Source of the DNA: Nitrospirota bacterium
GTDB lineage: Bacteria; Nitrospirota; JACRHJ01
NCBI GenBank assembly: GCA_963845245.1
Contig: CAWJRJ010000018.1
Span: 153,877 to 217,876, forward strand
Length of the DNA: 64,000 bases
Direction of reading: 5' to 3'
The notes below the pieces were generated by a model, which was not told where the DNA came from, ran no database searches, and saw only the letters and a program-made list of their open reading frames with translations. Shown here piece after piece: positions 30,194 to 41,166 of the stretch. Position 1 is the stretch's first letter. Each line of letters opens with the position of its first letter. A program made the position numbers and the translations under genes.

Positions 30194-30767
30194 ACACATT
30201 CAATATACTTGTAGCCGGTGTAGGCGGGCAGGGGGTTCTTCTGGCAAGCGGGATACTTGCCGATGCGGCGCTTAATTCCGGGCTTGATGTCAAGCAGAGC
30301 GAGGTGCACGGGATGGCCCAGAGGGGCGGGAGCGTCCTCAGCCAGGTCAGGTTCGGCGATACGGTCTTTTCGCCCGTCGTCAGCGTTGGCGAGTGCGACC
30401 TGCTCATTGGCTTTGAGCCGCTTGAGACGGCCCGGTATCTTCACTTCCTGAAAGACGGCGGGGCCGTGGTCTACAACACCCACCGTATAAATACACTTCC
30501 CGTGTCGATAGGACTGGAAGTATACCCTTCGGACATTAGACTCCGTCATAGCGAAACATTCGTCCAAAGTCATCGCAGTTCGATGCTACGGAGCTGGCGG
30601 TTCAGGCCGGGGACATAAGGGCGATAAACATGGTGCTTCTTGGGGCGGCGATGGGCTGGCTGCCGCTTGACGAGGAGACGGTAGTTGGCTCCATGGAAAG
30701 CCTTGTCCCCAAAAAGGCGCTCGCCGTAAACCGCAAGGCCTTTGCTCTCGGAAAGATGTCATTCTGA
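30190..30767 (+). CDS. iorB: Indolepyruvate:ferredoxin oxidoreductase beta subunit (frameshifted 3' part)
   Basis: GVGGQGVLLAS, SEVHGMAQRGGSV, NMVLLGA and NRKAF motifs. Confidence 0.88.
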
Positions 30768-30930
30768 GCGTAGCCGAAGAATCCACCTTTGACTTTCTTA
30801 TTAACAAGTAGGGTGCGCACTGCGCACCTATCTATTCCCCTCGCCCCTACATGGCAACTACAATTATCCCTCCCCACCTGCGGGGGAGGGCAGGGTGGGG
30901 GCTGGGAAGGGGACACAGGGGTGAGGGCGT
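30757..30930. repeat. Cluster of REP-like palindromic elements between convergent iorB and ehrS
   Basis: GTCATTCTGAGCGTAGCCGAAGAATCC unit; GTAG-type GTAGGGTGCGCACTGCGCACC; nested CCCTCCCC...GGGGAGGG and CCCCTCGCCCC...GGGGTGAGGG units. Confidence 0.7.
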
Positions 30931-31688
30931 TACCGAATCTTATTCAGCAGCCTTAGCAGGCCGTCAAGTATCGTCACCGGATGGGGTGGACATCCGGGGA
31001 TGTAAAGGTCTACCGGGATCATGCCGTCCACGCCGTTACTGGCCTCGGGCGAATTTATGTACGGCCCGCCGTTGATGGCGCATGCGCCGCAGGCGATGAC
31101 TATCTTGGGGGCGGGGATCGCATCGTATGTTATCTTTAAAGCCTCGACCATATGCTTGGTGACAGGCCCGGTTACCCAGAGGCCGTCGGCATGGCGCGGC
31201 GAGGCCACAAACTGTATGCCGAAGCGCCCCAGGTCCCAGCCGATGGTTGACAGGACGTTGGTGTCGGCCTCGCATGCGTTGCACCCGCCCGCGCTTACCT
31301 CGCGGAACTTTATGGAACGGCCGAACAGCGACAGCAGTTTATCAGACAGCGCCTTCGCCATCACCCGTTCGCTGTCCGCACTCACGATAAGGTCTTCACG
31401 CCTGTTGACCGCCAGAACACTGTCATTGCTGAACGAGATAGCGCCCTGCGGACATGCCTTCACGCACTCGGTGCAGAAGAGACATTTCCCCAAGTCTATG
31501 GAAAGTGACGGGGTGCATGATATGGCCCCGAACGGGCATGCGTCGGCGCATTTCTGGCAACCATCGGTACATGCTGACTTGTCGAAACGTGGATAGCCCC
31601 TGAAACGCTCCGGGAGCGTAATAGGTTCCAGCGGATAGCGCATCGTGCGATGCCCCTGCCGTATGCGTGCGCGTATTGCACTTATCAT
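30930..31688 (-). CDS. ehrS: Ehr small subunit: 2x[4Fe-4S] ferredoxin fused to NuoB/HyfI-like domain
   Basis: CQKCADACP, CLFCTECVKACP, GGCNACE, SPRHAD, ACGAC and PGCPP. Confidence 0.8.
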   Translation of the reverse strand: MISAIRARIRQGHRTMRYPLEPITLPERFRGYPRFDKSACTDGCQKCADACPFGAISCTPSLSIDLGKCLFCTECVKACPQGAISFSNDSVLAVNRREDLIVSADSERVMAKALSDKLLSLFGRSIKFREVSAGGCNACEADTNVLSTIGWDLGRFGIQFVASPRHADGLWVTGPVTKHMVEALKITYDAIPAPKIVIACGACAINGGPYINSPEASNGVDGMIPVDLYIPGCPPHPVTILDGLLRLLNKIR

Positions 31689-31703
31689 GAGTGACTCCTT
31701 TAC

Positions 31704-33215
31704 CTACAGATCAAAACCGCAGTAGGACAGGTTGAAGCTCTTGTTGCAAAGCGGGAAGTCCGATATCTGCTGCCCCCGCAGGGCCATGGCCAACCCCGTC
31801 CAGTTGTGGAACGACGGGTCGGTTATCTTGTAACGGGCAAATTTCCCGTCCTCGTCTGTGACGGCGACATGGCAGATCTCCCCGCGCCACCCTTCGGTCA
31901 GCGCAACTGCTATATGGTCCGCGGCAATGTCGCCTCTCTGGTTCAGGCACGCGCCTCCGGGCAGGTTCTTCAACTGCTCTTCGATGAAGTCGAGCGATTT
32001 CTCACACTCCACCCAGCGCACCAGGGTACGACCGTACACATCACCGGTTGTCGCCGTCACGACCGGGATCTGGCTCATGCTATATATGCCGAAGGTATGG
32101 TCGCGGCGGATGTCCCTGTTCAGGCCGCATGCCCTGGCGGCAGGGCCGACAAGGCCAAGCTCACGGGCGGCTTCCATGCTCAACGTCCGGTGTTTTCAAG
32201 CCTTCGCCATGACCGACGGCGTGATCCACAACAGTTCGACGGCGTTTGTAAGCTCTGCGCGGGCAATGGCAATTCTCTCAAGCAGCGATTGGACCTGGTC
32301 CGCATTCAAATCAAAATTGATACCGCCGGGGACAACCAGCCCGCGTCCGAACCTGCTTCCGCATATCTCCGCAGTCATGTTCAGGAAGTCGCCGCGTATA
32401 CGCCCGCAAAAAGAAGCGGTGGGCAGATATCCGACGTCACCGGCGATTGCGCCCAGGTCGCCGGTATGGTTGGCAAGCCGCTCCAGTTCCAGCGCGATCC
32501 CCCGGACCGCATGGGCGCGGGCAGGTGCCATCGTCCCCGACATGCTCTCGATGATCATGGCATAGGCGAGGGCGTGGCCGATGCTCGTGTCTCCCGCCGC
32601 CGTCTCCATCTGGTGCAGCGTCGCGGGGTGCGGGCCACCGATAAGTGTCTGTTCAATACCTCGGTGCTGGTAGCCCAGCGATATCTCCAGGTGCATGACC
32701 TGCTCGCCGTAGCACTGGAACCGGAAGTGTCCCGGTTCGATGATCCCGGCATGCACGGGACCGACAGCCACTTCGTGGACCTCGTCGCCCTTTATCTGAT
32801 AAAAGTCCATATTGCCGATTTCCGCGCCATGTCCGTGCTCTAGCCGTGCTGCCTGGCGAAAGGCCGCTGAAAGCGTACCGGTTTGGGCCAGGGGTGGTCC
32901 TCAAAGACAATCCCGAACTGTTCGGCGATCTCCCGTTCGAACATCTGTATCTGCGGGCAGAGCGATGCTATGGATGGAAATGTGTTGGCCGATACCTTGG
33001 TTGCGGCCATGCCGAGCAGGCCTTGAGACTCTGACGCAATCAGGCAATACAGTTGCAGCGACCGCGCCATCCTGTACACCGAAATATGCCGATATCCGCC
33101 AGCCGTGGTCGGTGGCGTCCAGGATGTCACGCAGGAAATCTCCAGTGCTCTTTTCCGGGATGTCCCGGCGCGGCAGGGAGGCCCCATTTCGAAATGTGGA
33201 AAATCTCCCCTTCAT
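31704..33215 (-). CDS. ehrL: Ehr large subunit (HyfG/NuoCD-like, no NiFe-binding cysteines); frameshifted
   Basis: FEREIAEQFG, VGPVHAGIIEPGHFRF, GYQHRG, ETAAGDT in place of RxCxxC, EGWRGE, C-terminus DFPLCNKSFNLSYCGFDL. Confidence 0.82.
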
Positions 33216-34657
33216 TTGCCACCTCCGAGGAGCGCGGCGCCTTCACGCAGGAGCTGCTGGAACGGGAGCGGTATCCACAACCCCAGCATCAGGATTATAG
33301 CCCATCAGCACGAGCAGCGGAAGCACGGTCCAGAGCTGTATCTTTGTATCCGGTCTGGTTCGATGTCGGCCGGTATCTTGCCCAGGACGGCCGGCAATAC
33401 GGTGGATGCCATGCCGATGAAGATGATGGACAGAAATACCAGGAAGAGGATGCCTACCGTTGGTGTTGCCCTGTAAGAAGGCATTGCTGACAATCGTAAA
33501 CTCGCTGATGAACGGGCCAAACGGCGGCGAACCGGTGATTGCCAGAAAAGCCACGAGGAAGAGGGCGCCGGACCAGGGTATGCGCCGGAGCGCCCCCCGG
33601 ATGACCTCAGTGCTCTTGCTGTTATATGCGCGGTGGATGTTGCCCGAAGCCAGGAACAGCACCCCCTTGGTCAGGCCGTTGTTGACCATGTGAAGCAGCG
33701 CGCCGAACAAGGCCCCCTTGCTGCCGAGCCCGAGGGCCACCGTCAGGATGCCGACATGTTCGACGCTGGAGTAGGCAAGCATCCGTTTCAGGTCGTTCTG
33801 CCGCGCCATGAATACGGCCGCGAACGCCATGGATATCAAGCCCCATGCCCAGGAGCGCTCCCTGGAAGGAAGCAGTGTACCCGGTGGATGCGACGGATAT
33901 CTGGTAGACCCGCAGCAGCGCCAGGAATGCGCAGTTGACAAGGCCGCCGGCAAGAAGCGCGCCCACAAGGCCGGGCGCCTCGCCGTAGGCGTCAGGCTTC
34001 CAGGTATGCAGCGGGGCCAGCCCCATCTTCGAGCCGAAACCCACCAGCAGGAAGATGAAGGCCGTATGCCGCCAGCCCGCATGCAGGCGGGGCGCGTCCT
34101 CGATCAACGAACTGAGCAGCAGCGTGACGTCCTGCTTGGCGACAATGGTGGAATAGGCCAGGAAGAAAAGTCCGAACAGGGCGATGGCGATGCCCACCGA
34201 ACATATCAGCAGGTACTTCCAGGTAGCCTCGATGGAGCGGGCGTTGCGGTTGAAGTATATCAGCGGGGCCATGGTAACGGTCGTCGTCTCAAGCGCGACC
34301 CACAGAAGCCCCAGGTGCTGGGACACCGTCACCAGCGTCATGGCGGAGAGGCATACCAGAAGCGCCATGCAGAGGATGCGGTTGGATAATTCGTTTCTGT
34401 ACCGCAGATAGCCGAGGGCATAGAAGGCGCACATCGTGAAGAGGATGCTGACGGATGATCAGCACCAGTTTCCCGAGTGCATCGAGGTATATCCAGCCTT
34501 GAGGAGATGCGGGAGGCGACATGCTCACCAGGACGAAAGTCAGGACCAGGTGCGGCAGGGCAAATGCGGGCAACACGACAGGACGCAGACGGTTGTCAGG
34601 AATCACCCATGCTAGAAGGGCTCCCAGGAGCGGCCAGGTGACGGCAATCCATATCAT
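33212..34657 (-). CDS. ehrD: HyfF-like antiporter-type membrane subunit (frameshifted)
   Basis: SIEATWKYLLICSVG, KMGLAPLHTWKPDAYGEAP and KRMLAYSSVEH. Confidence 0.8.
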
Positions 34658-34660
34658 GCT

Positions 34661-35304
34661 CTATCCCTCTCGCAGAGTAGTCAGCCTTGAGGTATCAAGC
34701 GATGAGAACTCGCGGCTTATATGGTTTATCACGATACCCATGACGAATATTCCCACCAGAAGGTCAAGCAGCGCTCCTGCTTCCACCATCCCGGGCATGG
34801 CTTCTGCCAGGAGCAACCCGAAGATGAATATCCCGTTTTCCAGGAGCAGATATCCGATGACCTGTGAAATGGCCTTGCGTCTGGCAATCAGCACCAGAAA
34901 TCCGCACATGAATGTCGCCAGGGACGCGGGGACGAACAGGAGCCCCTTATGCTCCGGTGACAGCGGCAGGTCTTGCGCGAAGATGAAAGCGGTGGCGGTG
35001 AGCAGGGCGCCCGATGATGAGCGAGGTGATGAAATCCTATAAACGGTTCTACCTCTCTCTTGATCTCCGCCTTCCGGATCGCGTTCATGATCATCCAGGG
35101 TATCACTACTCCCTTGGCCATCAGCATGCTGGCCACGATCCCGACCAGAGGCCAGGAAAAGGGGTGGATGATTGCGGGAAGTAGCGCCAGGGCGACACCC
35201 TGTGCCGCTACCGCGCGTACCGAGAACGCCAGGCGGCTTGAACCCAGCACGATGAAATTCAGAAGCAGGGTCAGCACGAGTAATTGGTCAGCCAGAGTGG
35301 ACAT
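34661..35304 (-). CDS. ehrC: HyfE-like membrane subunit (frameshifted)
   Basis: IKREVEP, QVIGYLLLENGI and LLDLLVGIF motifs. Confidence 0.78.
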
Positions 35305-35307
35305 CTA

Positions 35308-36216
35308 TCACCTCACGATCAGTACGAATGAAAATGCAGTCAGGATCGTCGCCGCAACCAGCAGCTGCGGGACGCGGATCATCCGCAGGCGGGCCATTAC
35401 CGACTCGACCACGCCGATGGAAACTGCCAGCACGAGCATGGAGACCATGAAGATTCCCCAGTCGAGATAGCTGTTGCCGCTGCTGAAGGGTACGGCTATA
35501 TTCATGAACAGGGCGCCCAGCAGGTATAGTTTTAGCGCGGCTCCATAAAGTATGACACCGAAGTACGGGCCGCTATGGTCCAGCACCATTACCTCGTGTA
35601 TCATCGTAAGTTCAAGGTGGGTGTTGGGGTCGTCGAACGGGATCCTGCAGTTCTCCGCCAGCAGTACCACGAAAAGGCCGGTCAGCATAAGGAGAAGCGC
35701 GGCGCCGCCGGTCATCCATGCTGAAAAATTAATGTTGGCAAGCATCGGTGTGAGCGAGAGCGAGCCGCTGAGACGCGTCAGAGCGATCAGCGCAAAGAAG
35801 AGGGTGGGTTCGGCCAGAGACGAGAACGTCACCTCGCGCGCCGCGCCCATACCTTCGAAGCTCGACCCCGTATCCATGGCGGCAATCGTCGTAAAGAAGC
35901 GCCCCAGGGCAAAGAGGTAGACGAACAGGACCATGTCGCCCTGAAATGATATCGGGGCAGGATGCTTGCCGAGCGGCACAAGCAGCGCGGCAAAAAGGGT
36001 GGACGCCAGCGTGATCACTGGCCCGGCCCTGAATATCCAGGTCGTGGTGTCGCTGAATACGGTACCCTTACGCATCAGCCGTGACAGGTCATAATAGGGC
36101 TGCAGGTAAGGCGCGCCGACCCGGCCGGCAAAAGCGGCCTTGGTCTTGCCGATGACGCCCAGCAGCAGAGGAGGCATGACTAAAACCAGTATGATATGCA
36201 GGATCGTGTCAACCAT
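35308..36216 (-). CDS. ehrB: HyfC/NuoH-like membrane subunit
   Basis: GRVGAPYLQPYYDL, GSSFEGMGAARE and RIPFDDPNTHLELTMIHE. Confidence 0.88.
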   Translation of the reverse strand: MVDTILHIILVLVMPPLLLGVIGKTKAAFAGRVGAPYLQPYYDLSRLMRKGTVFSDTTTWIFRAGPVITLASTLFAALLVPLGKHPAPISFQGDMVLFVYLFALGRFFTTIAAMDTGSSFEGMGAAREVTFSSLAEPTLFFALIALTRLSGSLSLTPMLANINFSAWMTGGAALLLMLTGLFVVLLAENCRIPFDDPNTHLELTMIHEVMVLDHSGPYFGVILYGAALKLYLLGALFMNIAVPFSSGNSYLDWGIFMVSMLVLAVSIGVVESVMARLRMIRVPQLLVAATILTAFSFVLIVR

Positions 36217-36225
36217 GGCCGTCTC

Positions 36226-38207
36226 CTAATGTACCCACAACATAAGCGCTACCAGCGTGACAAAGAAGTATAACATGTAAATATGCACACGGCCGTGCTG
36301 GATCTGCCTGAGGAAGGCGAAACACATCCCGGCAAAATGGAACGGCGGCATTATCAGACGTTCAATGATAGTCTCTTCAGGCAGGTAGCAGTGTGCCGCC
36401 ATTTGCGGCGCGAAACCTTTGATCTCGGTATTCGTCACGTGGGTACGAACAATACTTTTCATAAGCGTGGCCAGCATCTCAGAGAACGATGTGCCGGTAT
36501 ATTGCATGCGTGAGGTCGGCCAGAGGTAGCCGCATCCCCATGTCGATGCCTGTGTGGACGGCAGGGTTGTCTGTCGCCGCCGAAGCATGAAGGCAATTGA
36601 CCACCGCCATGCCAAGCATGCCCAGCCCGGCGACGGTAAACCATATGAGCTGTACAGGCGGACCGGCCTGCGCAGCGGCAACAGGAGTCAGCTGTCGCCA
36701 TCGCCGCCGTCACCAGAGGGACGAAGGCCTGGGGCACCAGCCCAGCCATCAGGCATGCCACCGCAAGCACAGCCATGGGTATGAGCATCAAAGCCGGTGA
36801 TTCGTGGGAATGGGCTGCCTGTTCGGAACGGGGGTTGCCCAGGAATGCCACACCATATAGCTTGACGAAGCTTATCACGGCCACGCCCCCCACCAGCGCC
36901 AGCACGGGTGCCCCGAGTGCGACATATACCATGGATGACGCCGCCTCGCCGAAGAAGCCCATGTACAGCATGAACTCGCTGACAAAGCCGTTGAAGGGCG
37001 GCAGGCCGCTTATGGCTATGACGCCGCACAGCGAAAGGAACGCAGTCCAGCGCATGTGTTTCGACAGGCCGCCCATACGGTCGATCTCGCGGGTGCCTGT
37101 GGCATGTATGACGGACCCGGCGGACATGAAGAGCAGCGGCTTGAAGAAGCTGTGGTTAAGGACGTGCAGCAGCGCGCCTGCCATTCCCAGCCAGGCAAGG
37201 CGGGGATTGCCCGTAGTCTGTCCGATCATCGCGATGCCGATGCCGGTCGTGATAATGCCGATGTTCTCGATGCTGCTGTATGCAAGCAGGCGTTTGATGT
37301 CCCTCTGTGAAGCCGCCAGCGAGATACCCATGAATGCCGAAACGAGTCCGACGACAGTCAGAAGTTCACCCCACCAGAGCGGGCGGTCAGGCACGAAGGA
37401 AATAAAACGAAGAATCCCGTAGATCCCCATCTTCAGCATCACACCCGACAGCATTGCCGAGACGTGGCTGGGCGCATTGGCGTGGGCGGCCGGAAGCCAG
37501 ATGTGCATAGGCATCAGGCCTGCCTTGGAGCCGAAGCCGACAAGTGCCGCGACGAACAGCAATGAAGCGGCCGCAGCCGGGATGTGCAAACCGGCCGTAC
37601 CGGGGAAAAGGAACGACGATGTATGGAGCCGCAGGAGGGAGAACAACACGAACAGCGCCGCCGTCCCGATGTGGGTGGCGACCAGGTACACCATGCCCGC
37701 GGTACGGACCTCCGGTTCGTCGTGCTCGGTTATCAGCAGGAAGTAGGCGGAGAGCGCCATGACCTCCCAGGCGATAAGGAACAGCACGCCGTTTCTGGAA
37801 ACTGCAACCATTGCCATGGCGGCGGTCAGCAGGCCGTAGAAGAAGGTCATCCCGGGTTCGGTGGAGCGGTGTGAGGCCGCAGGCCAGTATCCGTTGGCGT
37901 AGATCGAACCGCACAGGAATACGACGAATATGGGGATAAGGAAAAATGCCGAGAGCGGGTCGATTGCGACCTCGCATGCATCAAATGGGAGGTTCCAGGC
38001 AATGACGTATGTCGATGTATGCTGGGTCAGGAGTATCGATATGATTGAAGGAAGCGCCATTAAGGCGGCAACTATTGCACCTATGGTTGCAAACCTCTGT
38101 CCTGCGGCCCCTTTTTTTATGAACAATCCGGGAACCCCGGAGATTGCGGTCACGAGTATTGCGGCGAGCACGCGCGCAGATGGGTCCCCCATTACTTCCG
38201 AAAACAT
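36226..38207 (-). CDS. ehrA: HyfB-like antiporter-type subunit, copy 2 (3' frameshifts)
   Basis: AWEVMALS, KAGLMPMHIWLPAAHANAPSHVSA, KRLLAYSSIENIG, GLPPFNGFVSE and TWGCGY. Confidence 0.82.
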
Positions 38208-38355
38208 TATAGACCTTTCAGCAGATGTCAAATAACAGATTAATGTGTAACAAAATCATTGGTATAAACGTATGAACCCATGAAATTATATGCTTAAAAT
38301 TTTTTATGTCAAATATATTTTGTTATTTATGCCTGCCATAATTCATCATCCTGAA

Positions 38356-40371
38356 TCATTTCATCGTTGCCGCCATAAGTACCACCAGCGTAACGAATGT
38401 GTAGAAGATGTAGATATTGAGCTGGCCGTGTTGCAGCCTGCGGATGGGCGCCGACTTGGTATAGAGGTATTCGAGGAACGGGATGTATATCTGTTCCAGT
38501 ACCGTCTCGGGGACGTGGCTCGAAAAACGGGCCGGTTCTGGGAACGCGCCGCTGACTGTCGGCTCATGTGCCGTTGGCTTTAGGAACACGCGGAAACAGC
38601 CGACCAGCATCTCGGCGAATGAAGACGCGGTGTACTGCATGCGCGGCGTCGGTCTGGTATAGCCGCACCCCCAGGTGCCCGCAGCGGCTTGCGGGAATCT
38701 CTTCACACGCCGCATTCAAATATTATAGCAACGACAACAGCGCCGGATACCAGGCTTATACCCAGGATGGATACCCATTTAAACGGCGTCAGGTCTGTAA
38801 GGTAAGTACCGGAAGTGGCAAGGGCTGGGTTCCAGTTCAGGATTGCATTGTTCAGGGCGGATCGACAGCAGCCAGGGGGCGATGCCGATAAGTACGCAGA
38901 CTGCGGCAAGGATCCCCATTGGGACAAGCATAGTACGAGGCGCCTCATGACCACCCGCATGTTCGGGTGAACGCGGCATCACCCAGAAACACGACGCCAT
39001 ACACCTTGACGAAACATGCGACCGCCAGTCCGCCCACCAGCGCCAATCCAGGTGCAGCAAGGGCCGGGGACACTCCGGTTATGCCGCCGGATGAACCGAT
39101 GGCACGGAAACAACCGAGGTAGATGAGTATCTCGCTCGCAAAACCGTTAAGCGGCGGCAGGCCGCAGATTGCGACCGCACCTATCAAGAAAGAAGGTGGC
39201 GGTCCAGGGCAGACGCCGCCATACTCCGCCCATCAGGTCTATCTCACGCGTCCCGCTGGCATGGATCACGGAACCAGCTCCGAGAAACAGAAGTGACTTG
39301 AAGGTGGCATGGTTGAGCACATGCAGCAATGCGCCTGCCATGCCCAAAAGCATCATGGGCTGGTTGCCGGCCGCCTGGCCGATCAAGGCCACGCCGATAC
39401 CCATAAGGATGATCCCGATGTTCTCGATGCTGTGGTAGGCCAGCAGGCGTTTCAGGTCATGCTGTCCGATTGCGAATGCCACGCCTATCACACCCGACAC
39501 CACCCCGAATGCCAGCACGACGCAGCCCCACCAGACCGGCACATCGGAGTAAAAGGAAAAGACGCGTATCATGCCGTAGATCCCGACTTTCAGCATCACG
39601 CCGGACAAGATGGCGGATATGTGGCTCGGTGCATTGGCGTGTGCCGACGGAAGCCATACATGCAGCGGCATCATGCCGGCCTTGAGCCCGAACCCGAACA
39701 GCGCCACTGCAAATACGGCGGCTGAAAGGCCAGTGCCCGCCGATAAGGAAGCTGTTGCCGGAAATGAATAGCTCCCGTTCACGCTGCCCAGAAGCGAGAA
39801 CAACGCAAACAGAGCAAGGGTTCCTATGTGGGTGGTGATTATGTAGAGGTTGCCGGCTTCGCGGACCTCCGGTTTTTCGTCTTCCGTAACGATGGTGAAG
39901 TACGCTGAAAGCGCCATTACCTCCCAGGCCAGGAGGAACAGTATGCCGTCGCGGGCCATAACCACTACACTGATCGATGCCGCCAGCAGCCCTGTAAATA
40001 ACGTCAGCCTGCGGATGTTATGGGCATGCTTTGCCGCAGGCCAGTAACCGACGGAATAGACGGCGCTGCAGCCGGTAACGGTGAATATGGCAAGCAGGAA
40101 GATTGCGGATAGGGGGTCGATACCGATCATGGCGGGCCCGAATGGAAGTCCCCATTCGATTGTAAAGGTCTGGTTTATGGGAGTGAGCAGGGCGATGAGC
40201 GCGCCGGAGACTCCGGCCAGCGAACCGAGCGCCATGAGTACTGCGGAAAGCTTCTGGCGTGCGGCAGAGGGACGAGGCGATAACAGCATGGGAAGGCCTG
40301 AAACGGCCTGGAAGTGCAACGGCAAGAAACAGGAGGGTGGTACATGGTATGTACTCTCCTGAAACGTTCAT
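38356..40371 (-). CDS. ehrA: HyfB-like antiporter-type subunit, copy 1 (several frameshifts)
   Basis: KAGMMPLHVWLPSAHANAPSH, KRLLAYHSIENIG, GLPPLNGFASE and TWGCGYTRPTPRMQYT. Confidence 0.82.
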
Positions 40372-40373
40372 GT

Positions 40374-41051
40374 CTACCTCCTGATCTCCTGTTCGACTCG
40401 CGCGGCCGCCGCTATTATCCCGGCTGGGTCGCAAACGCCATAACTGAGCGTAGACCTGAAACTGTCCTCGCGCAGCGCATAGGCAAGCTTTGAAAGAAGG
40501 TGCAGATGTACCTTGACCGTGGGGCTGGTCAGCATGAAGAGTATCCTGACAGGTAAACCGTCAAGCGCACCGAAGTCGACGGGCCGCTTTAGGAAGCATA
40601 GCGTGATCGTCGATGGCGGGTTGTCAAGCAGGATAGGGTTTCGCACATGTGGGATTGCGATCCCGTCGCCGATTGCGGTGGTGCCCAGCGCTTCACGCGC
40701 AAGGAGCACCTGCAGAAGAAAGTCGGGGTCCACATGTGGTGGAAGCTTGAGGCGTTTGACTACACTCTTCAGTACCGAGAGCTTGTCGTCGCCCTCCACG
40801 TTACAATGTATACCGCCAGCTTCCAGAGCCTCTGCCAGTGTCGGGAAATGGATATCGGACTCCGCCGCTTCAAATAGCTCCGGCGGCACCTTAATGCCGT
40901 GATCCGTTGCCCATTCCAGCAGGTCCACACGGTTTATCTGATAGTTCCCGTTTATAAGGGTTGCCGGCAGCCCATCCTTCTTGATCCATTTGGTTACCGT
41001 TTTTTCTTCAACACTCAGCAGATCGGCTACTTCTGTTGCCTTGACCATCAT
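40374..41051 (-). CDS. Excisionase-type HTH fused to PTS EIIA (Ntr/Fru-type) domain
   Basis: EVADLLSVEEKTVTKWIKKDGLPA HTH; LAREALGTTAIGDGIAIPHVRNP with the phosphorylatable His; VDFGALDG. Confidence 0.88.
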   Translation of the reverse strand: MMVKATEVADLLSVEEKTVTKWIKKDGLPATLINGNYQINRVDLLEWATDHGIKVPPELFEAAESDIHFPTLAEALEAGGIHCNVEGDDKLSVLKSVVKRLKLPPHVDPDFLLQVLLAREALGTTAIGDGIAIPHVRNPILLDNPPSTITLCFLKRPVDFGALDGLPVRILFMLTSPTVKVHLHLLSKLAYALREDSFRSTLSYGVCDPAGIIAAAARVEQEIRR

Positions 41052-41166
41052 TACATAAACTCCTTAAAACTAGAGAATAATCTAATTCTAATATGTCATG
41101 TGAGTATAACACCACTGAAATCAGTGTCAAGGCTCTTCTGTGTGTTTCTCCGGTTTCTGTTGCTTC

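Noticed and set aside
31704..33215. Functional [NiFe] hydrogenase / formate hydrogenlyase
   Set aside because: Both NiFe-binding CxxC motifs are absent
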